Positions 12,846 through 22,254 of a stretch of 61,137 nt of DNA are shown here, in pieces. The DNA is taken from positions 1-61,137 of the forward strand of contig JBCCZX010000001.1 of NCBI GenBank assembly GCA_039186735.1, in the 5' to 3' direction. Source of the DNA: Verrucomicrobiota bacterium (lineage in GTDB: Bacteria; Verrucomicrobiota; Verrucomicrobiia; Verrucomicrobiales; Akkermansiaceae). Within the stretch, counting starts at the first letter, position 1; the number at the start of each line of letters is the position of its first letter. The notes beneath the pieces were generated by a model. That model made no database searches. It was not told where the DNA came from and worked only from the letters and a program-made list of their open reading frames with translations. The translations under genes were made by a program, and so were the position numbers.

Positions 12846-13625
12846 TCAGTTTTCTAGAGCTTTGATTTGTTCTTTATACTTTCGGGCTGCCTGGCTGGTG
12901 GCGGTGGCTTGGTCGGTTTGAGGTTGAGCGAAAGGAGGGATGAACCATGGGTAGGAGCCGAGAAGGTCTGAGATGACCGCGATTTGGCCGTGAGTATTGC
13001 CGTGGCCACAGCCGATACCGATGGTTGGGATATCGAGGGTTTTCGAGATTTGGCGGGCGACTTTGGGGACGACAGATTCGAGAACGAGAGAGCAGATGCC
13101 AGCGTTTTGGAGTGCGAGGGCGGCTTCTAGCAGTTCTTTGGCTTGGGCTTCGGTCTTGCCTTTCTTTTTGTAGCCACCTTCTTCTTTGACGCGCTGAGGA
13201 AGCATGCCGAGGTGACCAACAACGGGAATGTTTGCGGCGATGATGGCTTTGACCTTTTCGATCTGCCGGAGACCGCCTTCAAGCTTGACGGCTTCAGCTC
13301 CGGCTTCGACGAGGAGCTTGGCGTTTTTGAGAGTGGTTTCAGGATTGGGGTAGGAGTGAATGGGGAGATCGCCGACGAGGAGGGCGTTCTTGCTGCCACG
13401 AGCGGCGGCGGCGGTGTGATGGAGCATGTGCCCCATGGTGACGTGGGTGGTGTCGGGGAAACCGAGGACGACCATGCCGAGAGAGTCGCCGACGAGGAGA
13501 ACGTCGATGCCGGCTTCGTCGAGAAGGCGTGCGGTGGGGTAGTCGTAAGCGGTGAGGGCGGAGATGGGGCGAGAGGGGTCCGCAGCGCGGGTGCGGAGGG
13601 CAGAGGCTTTTTCTTGGGCGGTCAC
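12846..13625 (-). CDS. panB: 3-methyl-2-oxobutanoate hydroxymethyltransferase
   Basis: LTAYDY, LLVGDSLGM, AVKLEGG, PTIGIG motifs; GTG start at 13625 chosen. Confidence 0.95.
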   Translation of the reverse strand: MTAQEKASALRTRAADPSRPISALTAYDYPTARLLDEAGIDVLLVGDSLGMVVLGFPDTTHVTMGHMLHHTAAAARGSKNALLVGDLPIHSYPNPETTLKNAKLLVEAGAEAVKLEGGLRQIEKVKAIIAANIPVVGHLGMLPQRVKEEGGYKKKGKTEAQAKELLEAALALQNAGICSLVLESVVPKVARQISKTLDIPTIGIGCGHGNTHGQIAVISDLLGSYPWFIPPFAQPQTDQATATSQAARKYKEQIKALEN

Positions 13626-13677
13626 TGCTGGTGATTCATTGTGAAGAGTGACCGGAGGGCAACGGTTTTTTTGAGTC

Positions 13678-15072
13678 TTACTGAAACAAGAGTTGAAAAA
13701 ATGCGGTGTCGTCGTTGGTGTTGAATTCGATTTCGAGATTACCGCTGTTGTTGATGGAGGTGGAGTGAGGGGTGAGGTCGAAGTCGGTGAAATCAATGAG
13801 GTTTGTGGATTTTTTCGCGTCGAGGGTGAGGGTGAAGCTGTTGTTGGTTTTGCTAATAACGGGTTGGCCGAGTGCGAGAGCTTGGAGCTGGGGGGCCGTG
13901 AAGAGGCCGGCGGTGTTGGCGTTGTTGAAGAGGGTGTTGACCAGATCGGGTTGGCTCGATTGCCAATTGAAGCCGAGGTCGGAGAGTAGGGCTTCGGCTG
14001 CATCGTTCAGGTTGTCGTTGTCGGTGTCGGTCGTAGACGAGAGGGCTAGGCCAGTGAGGTCGAGATTGTAGGGCGAGAGACTAGGGATGGGTGAGCTATT
14101 TGCGAGCTGGAGACCAGCGATACGGGTGCCCTGGGTGGTGCTAGCGAAAGCGACGGTGAACGTGGTGGTAGAGGATGGTGCGAGGGAGGTTGCGGGTTGG
14201 GTGGTGACTGAGAAGTCGACGGAGTTGATGCCGCCGATAGTGACGGCGAGGCCGGTGAGGGTGCTGGTACCCAAGTTTTTGACGGTGAAGGTTAGGGAGG
14301 AGGCGTTCCCATCGATGGAAAGACCGAAGTCTTGGTTGCCGCCAGCGGAAAGAGTTGTTGAGGCGGCGTTTTCGATAACGATATCATTGCTAGGGATTGC
14401 GGGAAAATTACCGGAGGCGGCTTGTTCGTTCAGCATTTGGCTGATGGTGAGGCCGGAGGTGATTACCTCGTTGCCGAAAATGTCGGTGGCTCGGATGGTG
14501 AGGGGTTCGGTCAGTTGAGTATTGGAATACTGAAAGCGGAAATTTGTCTGGCGGGTCATGGTTTGGTAGACTCCGTTAACGAGTATTTCGAGGGTTGACA
14601 CTGGATTGATAGCGTCGATGGGAGTGACTTCTAAGAAGAAGGGGTTGCTACCGTTGGCCGCTTCGAAGACCAGCGGGCCTGTGATGATGTTGGACGGGGC
14701 GGAGACCCATCGCCAAGAAATTGGTTCGATGCCCGGAAGACCACCAACGGCGCCGGACCAAGCGGTAGGATCGAGATCCAGATTGTTTTGACCGCACTCG
14801 GGGCAGACATCGAGCACAGGAACGGTGACGGTTCCGGCAGCTCCAGTGATTTCAACCCAAGCGCCGCACCACGCTCCGTTATCCCACCGTGGACCATTCA
14901 TTGCGACGTGACCAACGCCGTATCGATTTGGGTCAGTGAAGCAGACGTTCGGATAACCTGCGCCATTATATTGAGTGGCAGTGCCGGTGATGATCGAGGT
15001 GGTGTCGACTTGAGCAAGAGATGAGGGTGTTCCAATGGCGACAAGGAGGGTGGTGAGAAGACGCGTTGTCAT
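13678..15072 (-). CDS. Secreted expansin-like protein (DPBB + CBM63-like) with Ig-like domain and Verrucomicrobia-type C-terminal domain
   Basis: GTATQY, CGAWVEITG..GTVTV.V.D.CPEC...LDL, ISWRWV, GSNPFF; FTVKNLGTSTL Ig-like domain. Confidence 0.8.
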   Translation of the reverse strand: MTTRLLTTLLVAIGTPSSLAQVDTTSIITGTATQYNGAGYPNVCFTDPNRYGVGHVAMNGPRWDNGAWCGAWVEITGAAGTVTVPVLDVCPECGQNNLDLDPTAWSGAVGGLPGIEPISWRWVSAPSNIITGPLVFEAANGSNPFFLEVTPIDAINPVSTLEILVNGVYQTMTRQTNFRFQYSNTQLTEPLTIRATDIFGNEVITSGLTISQMLNEQAASGNFPAIPSNDIVIENAASTTLSAGGNQDFGLSIDGNASSLTFTVKNLGTSTLTGLAVTIGGINSVDFSVTTQPATSLAPSSTTTFTVAFASTTQGTRIAGLQLANSSPIPSLSPYNLDLTGLALSSTTDTDNDNLNDAAEALLSDLGFNWQSSQPDLVNTLFNNANTAGLFTAPQLQALALGQPVISKTNNSFTLTLDAKKSTNLIDFTDFDLTPHSTSINNSGNLEIEFNTNDDTAFFQLLFQ

Positions 15073-15158
15073 GGTGCAGGAGCTGTTTGCAAGGTTGAAG
15101 GGACCTTGTAAGAAGTTTGGTGAAAGCTGCTAGAAATTGCAACTGAGGAGTTCCGGTA

Positions 15159-16295
15159 TTACCATTTGGTGGCAATTTGGATGGGTGGGGATTCGGGGGA
15201 TTCACAGAGTTCGAGTAGGATGGAGACGGGGTTGGCGTGGGTGGGTGGGGTGAGATCGGGAGCGAGGTCGCGAAGGGGTTGAAGAACGAAGCGGCGTTGG
15301 TGGAGTCGGGGGTGAGGAAGGGTGATTTCGGGGGTGTCTCGGACGGTGTCGCCATGGAGGAGGAGGTCGATGTCGATGGGACGGGGTGCGTTGGTGGTGC
15401 GAGTAGCGAGGGATTCGCGACCGAGCTGGGCTTCGATGGCTTGGGTTTCGGCGAGGAGTTCTTGGGGAGTCAGGGTGGTTTCGAGTTTGAGGACGGTGTT
15501 GAGGAAAGGGGGGGAGTCGGGTGGGCAGTCGAGGGGATCCGTTTCGTAGAGGGGAGCAGATACGATGTCTGTGGTAGAGAGCTTCTGGAGGATTTCGCGG
15601 GCTTGGGTGAGGTGAGCTTGGCGGTCTCCGAGATTGGAGCCGAGGGCGAGATAGGTTGGCAAGGAGCGCGGCTTTTCAAGCCGCTGGGCTGTCTTGGTTT
15701 GCAAGTATAGTTTGAATTCGTTTGGTCGAAGGTTCTTGGGGTTTTTCGCGATGTAGTCTCTAGTGAACAGAAAGTGCTCTCTGCTTCGGATGAGACGATC
15801 CCAATAATCCGGCTGCCAGAGTAAGCCTGAACGGTTCTGTATTTTGTTGATCTCGCGAGCCGAGAATCTCTTCCACGAATGAATGATATCGGCAAGGTGC
15901 TCATTCCTATTTGGGGAAAAGAGGACATGAACGTGGTTGGGCATGACCACGAAAGAATCGAGCTGATAGCGTTCGTTGTCGAAGTGGAGAAAAGAGTCGG
16001 CGACGACTTTAGAAATTATGGAATCTTGAAGGAGGCAGGCGCCGTGTCCACGATCAAGCCAGTTGTCAATGGTTTGGCTGAAGCGTTTGTGATACTCGTC
16101 CTCAAGTTTAGCTGACCAAGGTTTGGGGTAAGTCTTGAGCCAATTTTCACGCTCTTCCCTCCATTCGTTGAGTTTGGCCTTTGGAAGTGAATCTGCCAGC
16201 CGGTAGGTGACGAAGATCCAGGTTCGATCCTGTTGCCATTGAGGGAGTTTGTGGCGGGTCTTATTGATTTCTTCTTCTGAGTTGAAGAATGGCAT
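15159..16295 (-). CDS. folK: Single ORF fusing a REP-associated tyrosine transposase (RAYT) to HPPK (FolK)
   Basis: N-half VTYRLADSLP, VVMPNHVH (HUH), WQPDYWDRLIR, DYIAKNP; C-half YLALGSNLGDR, FLNTV, PRPIDIDLL, LPHPRLHQRRFVL. Confidence 0.9.
   Translation of the reverse strand: MPFFNSEEEINKTRHKLPQWQQDRTWIFVTYRLADSLPKAKLNEWREERENWLKTYPKPWSAKLEDEYHKRFSQTIDNWLDRGHGACLLQDSIISKVVADSFLHFDNERYQLDSFVVMPNHVHVLFSPNRNEHLADIIHSWKRFSAREINKIQNRSGLLWQPDYWDRLIRSREHFLFTRDYIAKNPKNLRPNEFKLYLQTKTAQRLEKPRSLPTYLALGSNLGDRQAHLTQAREILQKLSTTDIVSAPLYETDPLDCPPDSPPFLNTVLKLETTLTPQELLAETQAIEAQLGRESLATRTTNAPRPIDIDLLLHGDTVRDTPEITLPHPRLHQRRFVLQPLRDLAPDLTPPTHANPVSILLELCESPESPPIQIATKW
15663..15684 (+). repeat. REP family A copy inside the RAYT-folK junction
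   Basis: GGAGC-GCGGCTT-ttc-AAGCCGC. Confidence 0.8.
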
Positions 16296-16303
16296 GGGGC
16301 TTA

Positions 16304-16472
16304 GGAGCGCGGTTTTTTACGCCGCCTTGGTTGAATCGCTCTTTTATGGAGAAAATGCAGGCCTTGAAGGTTCTTCAGGGTGTTTTGTTGAGGGTTTGGT
16401 GTTGAGTGAAAGACTTGGGGTGCTGTTTGGTGTCGCGATGTCTCTAGGTAGCGGCTTGCAAAGCCGCGCTCC
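16304..16472. repeat. Inverted pair of family A REPs (REPIN-like) between dapB and the RAYT
   Basis: 16304-16325 GGAGCGCGGTTTTTTACGCCGC (+) and 16451-16472 GCGGCTTGCAAAGCCGCGCTCC (-). Confidence 0.75.
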
Positions 16473-17206
16473 TAACTGAGTCCGAGCACGTCTTGCATGG
16501 AGTAGAGGCTGGCAGGCTTGTCTTTGAGCCAGAGGGCGGCGCGGACGGCTCCGGAGGCGAAGGTCATGCGGGAGGAGGCTTTGTGGGTGAGTTCGACGCG
16601 TTCGCCGTCGGCGGCGAACATGACGGTGTGATCGCCGACGACGTCGCCACCTCGAAGGGTGTGCATGCCGATGCGGCCTTGGGGGCGGGCTCCAGTTTCA
16701 CCGAAGCGGCCGTGGTCGATGTCGTCGGTGTAGGAGGTTTTGGTTTCCTCGTTGAGAATTTCTAACAGACCACGCGCGGTGCCGGAGGGGGCATCGATTT
16801 TGTGGCGGTGGTGCATTTCGGTGACTTCGATGTCGAAGGTTTGGTTGCCAAGGATGCGGGCGGCGTGGCGGGTGAGCCAGAAGAGGGTGTTGACGCCGAC
16901 GGAGAAGTTAGGTGCGTAGACGATGGGGAGGGTTTCGGCGGCTTTGGCAATGGCGGTGCGTTGCTCGTCGGTGTGGCCAGTGGTGCCGATGATGAGAGGA
17001 ACCCCGGCCGAGAGTGCTTTTTCGAGGAGGTCGTCGGTGAGGGTGGGGAGGGTGAAGTCGATGACGGCATCAGTGCCAGCGAGGGCAGCAGGGAGGTCTT
17101 CGCCTTTGTCGTGCGTGGAGTGGAGGGTCGCGTCGGGTTCGGCTTCGATGGCGGCGACGACGGATTGGCCCATGCGGCCGGAGCGTCCGGTGACGGTGAT
17201 GTTCAT
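16472..17206 (-). CDS. dapB: 4-hydroxy-tetrahydrodipicolinate reductase
   Basis: G.SGRMG, GTTG, EMHHRHKIDAPSGTA. Confidence 0.97.
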   Translation of the reverse strand: MNITVTGRSGRMGQSVVAAIEAEPDATLHSTHDKGEDLPAALAGTDAVIDFTLPTLTDDLLEKALSAGVPLIIGTTGHTDEQRTAIAKAAETLPIVYAPNFSVGVNTLFWLTRHAARILGNQTFDIEVTEMHHRHKIDAPSGTARGLLEILNEETKTSYTDDIDHGRFGETGARPQGRIGMHTLRGGDVVGDHTVMFAADGERVELTHKASSRMTFASGAVRAALWLKDKPASLYSMQDVLGLS

Positions 17207-17212
17207 GAGTTG

Positions 17213-18091
17213 TTAGAGAAGGTTGTAGTCCCTGAGAATGGTGGTTAGGGCGGCATTTTTTTCGTCCGTCAGATTGACAAGCGGGAGGCGGAATTCTGAG
17301 GAGCAGTGGCCGAGGAGGTGGGCGGCGGATTTGATGGGGACGGGGTTGGTGTCGAGGGACATGAGGCCATTAAAAAGGGGATAGTATTGCTTCTGAAGTT
17401 CGAGGGCACGGGTGTAGTTGCCGTCGTTGCAAGCGTTGACGAGTTCGACCATCACCTCGGGGATGATGTTGGCGGCGACGGAGACGAGGCCGACGGCACC
17501 GCAGGACATGAAGGGGAGAGTGAGGGGATCGTCGCCGGAAAGGATTTCGCAGGAATCGGGGAGGGCTTGAGCGAGTTGGTTGACGCGGTCGACGGAGCCG
17601 CCAGCCTCCTTGATGGAAAGAACGTTGGGGCAGTCGTTGGCAAGGCGAGCGGCGGTTTCGGGTGCGATGGCGACGCTGGAACGCCCGGGCACCGAGTAGA
17701 GCATGATGGGAAGTTGGGTCGCATCGGCGACGGCCTTGTAGTGTTGGTAGAGTCCTTCTTGAGGAGGCTTGTTGTAGTAGGGACAGACTTGGAGGCTTGC
17801 GGTGGCACCCATTTTTTCGGCCTCCTGGGTGAGGTGGATGGCTTCGGCGGTGGCGTTGGCTCCGGTGCCGGCGACAACTTGCATACGGCCAGCATTGTGT
17901 TCGATGGCGACGCGAATGACTTCGAGGTGTTCGTCGGTGTCTAGGGTAGGAGATTCACCGGTAGTGCCGACGGGGACAATGCCCGTGATGCCGGCTTCGG
18001 CCTGACGGTCAATTAGGGCCTTGAAGGCATCGTAATCAACTTGGCCATCGCGAAAGGGGGTGATGAGGGCGGTGTAGGTGCCACGGAACAT
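17213..18091 (-). CDS. dapA: 4-hydroxy-tetrahydrodipicolinate synthase
   Basis: GTTGESPTL, PYYNKP, IKEA, SGDD, NPVPIK. Confidence 0.97.
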   Translation of the reverse strand: MFRGTYTALITPFRDGQVDYDAFKALIDRQAEAGITGIVPVGTTGESPTLDTDEHLEVIRVAIEHNAGRMQVVAGTGANATAEAIHLTQEAEKMGATASLQVCPYYNKPPQEGLYQHYKAVADATQLPIMLYSVPGRSSVAIAPETAARLANDCPNVLSIKEAGGSVDRVNQLAQALPDSCEILSGDDPLTLPFMSCGAVGLVSVAANIIPEVMVELVNACNDGNYTRALELQKQYYPLFNGLMSLDTNPVPIKSAAHLLGHCSSEFRLPLVNLTDEKNAALTTILRDYNLL

Positions 18092-18218
18092 GTAGGGCAT
18101 TTAGAACGGGTCGCTTCGAAGGTCCAACCCAGAAGTGGAAAATCGTGATTCTGGAGACGAGGGAGGCGTTGAAGTCCGCTCTGTGGATGTAGATAGCGCA
18201 AAGCCGGTGAAAAATAAG

Positions 18219-18989
18219 ATGGATGTTGAAAAGTGGCTCGAGCATTTTCGGAAGAATCGGCTCAACCGGGTGGAACCCGATTGGGAAGCTCCGATAGAGA
18301 TTTCAGGGCAGCAGAGAAGCGATTTGGAGCGCTCCCTGCAGCAGTTTCAGCTGGGAGACGGGGGCGGGCCAGCGAGCCTGATTGCGTGGAATCGGGAGAA
18401 TTTCTTGGGAGGAGATGATGTTATGAGGCTGCTGGTTGGGATGTGGTTTAAAGAAGAGGAGGAGCATTCGCGATTATTAGGGGGGGCTTTGAAGCGGTTT
18501 GGAGTGACTCCGATCTCGAACCATTGGAGCTTTTCCTTGTTTTGCAAAGTGCGGGTGCTTGGGGGAGTGAAGTTTGAGCTCTACGCGCTATTGCTGACGG
18601 AGATTACGAGTCACGTGTACCATAAAATGTTGCGACGGCATTGTCCGGATGCGGCGGTAAAGGGGGTTTGCCAGATGATTATTCGGGATGAAGCAGGACA
18701 TATTGCATTTCATCGAGCGCGTTTGGGATGGGTGAAAGGCAGGCGATACGGATTTTGTTGGGAAGCTTATTTTATTGCGAGAGGTTTGGCTGCAGGAACT
18801 GTTCTGTGGGTGAACCATGGAAAGGCGTTAAGAAATTTTGGCGCTACGTCTTTCGAATTTTATCGAGGAATTTGGAGAGGGATGAGGACTTTTACTCGCG
18901 GGTTGCGTAGTGACTTGGCACGAGGGAGGGTCGTGCCAGCCGATTTTTTTCGTCGCGAGAGAGGCTTACGCGAGAAGGTTGCTAGTTAG
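18219..18989 (+). CDS. Ferritin-like di-iron domain protein
   Basis: EEEEHSR and RDEAGH ExxH pairs; SLQQFQLG. Confidence 0.75.
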   Translation: MDVEKWLEHFRKNRLNRVEPDWEAPIEISGQQRSDLERSLQQFQLGDGGGPASLIAWNRENFLGGDDVMRLLVGMWFKEEEEHSRLLGGALKRFGVTPISNHWSFSLFCKVRVLGGVKFELYALLLTEITSHVYHKMLRRHCPDAAVKGVCQMIIRDEAGHIAFHRARLGWVKGRRYGFCWEAYFIARGLAAGTVLWVNHGKALRNFGATSFEFYRGIWRGMRTFTRGLRSDLARGRVVPADFFRRERGLREKVAS

Positions 18990-19037
18990 GAGTTCAATGC
19001 CCAAGTTGGTTCTGCAGGCGACCCCATCCAGAAGGCA

Positions 19038-19053
19038 TGGGTAGTTTTGCTCA
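19038..19053. promoter_or_regulatory. Third copy of the operator (TGGGTAGTTTTGCTCA)
   Basis: 15/16 identical to the 5685 copy; upstream of a sulfatase. Confidence 0.55.
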
Positions 19054-19094
19054 GTTTCAGTGAATCGAAAAGGGTGGTAGCGAGTGTGACAGTC

Positions 19095-20798
19095 ATGAGG
19101 TCGCTCTTTTCAATTCTTGGGACTCTAGCTCTCGCATCAACTCTTCTACTGGGTGAGACAGATGGGTCGAAAAAGAATGTGGTGTTTCTTATTTGCGATG
19201 ATCTGAACGATTTTGTTGAGGGAATGGGCGGGCACCCACAGGCCTATACACCCAATATCAGCCGTTTGGCAAGAATGGGGGTCTTGTTTACGAATGCGCA
19301 TAGCAATGCCCCGATGTGCGCGCCTTCGCGACCGAGTTTCTTATCGGGCCTCTATCCTTCGACGACGGGAATTTATGATGGGAAGAGGCCTTTTCGGGAG
19401 TCGCCACAGTTAAAGGATGCAGTTTTGTTTCCGGCGCACTTCAAGGCGAACGGGTATCGGGCGTATAGCGCGGGGAAGTTGTTCCATGATCCGGACTTCA
19501 CAGTTTTCGGGGCTTCAGAAGCGGGGAGTTATGATGGTGGTTTTTTGGGCCCGCGGTCGAACTACGGTCCTTATCCTTGGGATGGAAAGTTGATGCGGTA
19601 TGGAGAGCGCCCGTCGCGAGACTGTCCCGATCCGTTTTTGCCTCAGACGAAACTGGAGTATGAAAAGTTGGGCAAGCCCTGGACCTTGGGTCATGGGAGG
19701 CTTTCTCGGCTGAAAGAGGGTTGGAGTTGGGTGTATTCGGATCATGGATTCTTGGGTGCAGACGGGAAAGATGGCGGCTTGTTTTCCTATGAAGAGTCTG
19801 GCGCGAGGTCACTCTTGCCTGATGAGTTGGTCGCGGATTGGGGGGTGCAGTTGTTGGAAGGTGAAGCGCTGCGAGACGAGACGGGTGGGGAAATTGTGCC
19901 GATCAATGATGCCCCGTTCTTTTTGAGTCTGGGATTCGTGAAGACTCACTTGGCTCTCTACTCTCCCGACGAGTTTTATGATGAAGTATTGAAAGCAAAT
20001 GGAATCACTGAGAAGGAAGTGGTTCTGCCTTGGGCCCAGGATGGGAAGATTCGATTTGGAGATTGGTCCGATATTCCCAAGCATCAGGATAGCGGGAGTG
20101 CTCGGCGTCGCTATAAGGGGTTGGAGAGGGCGGAGAAGGAGTATGAAGGAGGATTGGAACAGATGTTGAGAGATTACACCCTGTCCTATTTGGCGGCGGT
20201 TTATGTGATTGATGTGCAAGTGGGGAAGGTCTTGGACGCTTTGGAGAAAACGGGGCGTCTTGAAGAGACGATATTGGTTTTTACGTCAGATCATGGTTAT
20301 CACCACGGGGACAAGGAGAGTTTTTTCAAGTATACGTTGTGGGAGAAATCGACCCGTGTTCCGCTCATCATTTGTGATCCTTCAGAGGAATTCAAGGGGA
20401 CAAGGGGGAAGACATGTGATGTTCCGGTGTCGTTGATCGACTTGTATCCAACTTTTGTTGACCTGTGTGATTTGCCGAGGCGCGCGGTCCTAGAGGGAGT
20501 GAGTTTGAAGCCCTTGCTGGCGAACGTGAGCTTACCGGTTGGAGAAGAGCGGGTGGCTCTTTCGGCGGTGAGTCGGGGAAAGGGGAAGTTTGATGAGCCG
20601 GATGCTCATGCCTTCTCGGTGAGGTCAAAGAGTTGGCGCTACATACTTGGTCCTAACGGGGAAGAGGAACTGTATGACCATCGAGTTGACCCATATGAAC
20701 TCACGAATTTGGCAGAACGACCGGAGTTTCATGAAGTGAAGGTCTTGTTGCATACCGAGCTCTGCCGGTTGTCTGGGCGTACGAGACTCTATCGCTAG
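19095..20798 (+). CDS. Formylglycine-dependent sulfatase (iduronate/choline-sulfatase-like)
   Basis: NVVFLICDDL, CAPSRPSFLSG, GKLFH, SDHGYH. Confidence 0.93.
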   Translation: MRSLFSILGTLALASTLLLGETDGSKKNVVFLICDDLNDFVEGMGGHPQAYTPNISRLARMGVLFTNAHSNAPMCAPSRPSFLSGLYPSTTGIYDGKRPFRESPQLKDAVLFPAHFKANGYRAYSAGKLFHDPDFTVFGASEAGSYDGGFLGPRSNYGPYPWDGKLMRYGERPSRDCPDPFLPQTKLEYEKLGKPWTLGHGRLSRLKEGWSWVYSDHGFLGADGKDGGLFSYEESGARSLLPDELVADWGVQLLEGEALRDETGGEIVPINDAPFFLSLGFVKTHLALYSPDEFYDEVLKANGITEKEVVLPWAQDGKIRFGDWSDIPKHQDSGSARRRYKGLERAEKEYEGGLEQMLRDYTLSYLAAVYVIDVQVGKVLDALEKTGRLEETILVFTSDHGYHHGDKESFFKYTLWEKSTRVPLIICDPSEEFKGTRGKTCDVPVSLIDLYPTFVDLCDLPRRAVLEGVSLKPLLANVSLPVGEERVALSAVSRGKGKFDEPDAHAFSVRSKSWRYILGPNGEEELYDHRVDPYELTNLAERPEFHEVKVLLHTELCRLSGRTRLYR

Positions 20799-20812
20799 AA
20801 AAGTAGGAGGGG

Positions 20813-22177
20813 TTACTGCTTCTTTTTGGTTTTTTTGAGCCAGGCACTGAGGCCGGGGAAGGCGGGGTCTTGCAGTTGGCTGTTCCATGAGTCTGCTTGC
20901 TTGGACAAGGTTTTGACGAGGTTGGAATTTTTCTTGGCGAGATTTTGGGTTTCAGAACGGTCTTTGTTGAGATTGTAGAGCTCGGTCTCTTCATCATGGG
21001 CCTTCGAAATGAGTTTTTCGGGAGGGCGGAGGATGGTGAGTTCTTGGGAGCGGGCTTTTCGCCAGAAGAGTTCGGTGTGTGGCGGGCCTTCTTTCTCTCC
21101 GGTAAAATGGGGGATGAGGTTGACTCCATCGAGCGGGCGCTCGGGGGCAATCGGGACTTTGGTGAGAGCGGCCATGGTGGCGAGGATATCGAGCGAGCTG
21201 ACCGCTTCCTGGTAGTCGAGTTTGGCGGGTATGGTGCCTGTCCAACGGACGGCGAAGGGAACACGAATGCCTCCTTCGTAGGTGCTTCCTTTGTGACCGC
21301 GGAGGGGTTTGTTGAGGGAAGCATTGGAAGTGGCTCCACCATTGTCGGAAAGGAAGAAGATGAGGGTGTCTTTGGCGAGGTCGAGCTCGTCGAGTTTGTC
21401 GAGAAGGAGGCCGACGCCGTCGTCGACTGCACTCACCATGGCACAGTAGGTTCGGCGTTTTTTGTTTTCGATGTGTTTGAAGCGGCTGAGGTACTTCTCG
21501 GTTGCCTGCATGGGGGTGTGAGGGGCGTTGTAGGCGAGGTAGAGGAAAAAGGGTTTAGCAGCATTTCTTTGGACGAAGGAAACGGCTTCTTGGGAGAGGA
21601 GGTCAGTGAGGTAGCCCTGGGTGTCGATACGCTCGTTGTTGCGAAGGATTTTGGTGCGATACCAGTCGCCGTATTCCTTGACTTCGGAGAGATCTTGCAG
21701 GTTCAGGTCTTCACAGAAGTAATCGTGGCCTCCGGAGAGGAAGCCGAAGAACTCGTTGAAGCCGCGTTTGAGGGGGCGCATGGTTTCGTGAGTGCCCATG
21801 TGCCATTTCCCGATGATGCCACTGTGGTAACCGACTTTGCCCAAGATTTCTGCGATGTTTTCTTCGCTAGCGGGAATACCGGCTTTGTGTTCGGGCTTGA
21901 TGCTGGGGTTGTGACAGAAGCCGAAACGGTCCTGATAACGTCCGGTGAGGAGTCCGGCGCGGCTCGGGCCGCAGACAGGGAAGCTCACGTAGCCGGCCTG
22001 ACAGCGGGCACCTTCGTTGGCGATGCGGTCGATGTGAGGGGTGGGGATTTCTGTGGAGCCGTTGAAGCCGACGTCGGCCCATCCTTGGTCGTCGGTGATG
22101 ATGACGATGAGGTTGGGAACCTTGGCGTTGAGTGTGGAGAGGAGGGTGGAGAGGAAGAGGGTTATTACGAGCTTCAT
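20813..22177 (-). CDS. Formylglycine-dependent sulfatase (arylsulfatase-like)
   Basis: PNLIVIITDDQG, CGPSRAGLLTG, GKWHMG, SDNGG. Confidence 0.95.
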   Translation of the reverse strand: MKLVITLFLSTLLSTLNAKVPNLIVIITDDQGWADVGFNGSTEIPTPHIDRIANEGARCQAGYVSFPVCGPSRAGLLTGRYQDRFGFCHNPSIKPEHKAGIPASEENIAEILGKVGYHSGIIGKWHMGTHETMRPLKRGFNEFFGFLSGGHDYFCEDLNLQDLSEVKEYGDWYRTKILRNNERIDTQGYLTDLLSQEAVSFVQRNAAKPFFLYLAYNAPHTPMQATEKYLSRFKHIENKKRRTYCAMVSAVDDGVGLLLDKLDELDLAKDTLIFFLSDNGGATSNASLNKPLRGHKGSTYEGGIRVPFAVRWTGTIPAKLDYQEAVSSLDILATMAALTKVPIAPERPLDGVNLIPHFTGEKEGPPHTELFWRKARSQELTILRPPEKLISKAHDEETELYNLNKDRSETQNLAKKNSNLVKTLSKQADSWNSQLQDPAFPGLSAWLKKTKKKQ

Positions 22178-22254
22178 CGGCGATTCTAGTTGTGCGCAGG
22201 AATCGGTGAGAGGACAATGGGGGATTCTACCGATGCGGTGTGCCGAATCTGATT

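Noticed and set aside
13626-14003. N-terminal extension of panB in the ORF track
   Set aside because: Off-frame overlap with the expansin gene; PanB homology starts near 13625
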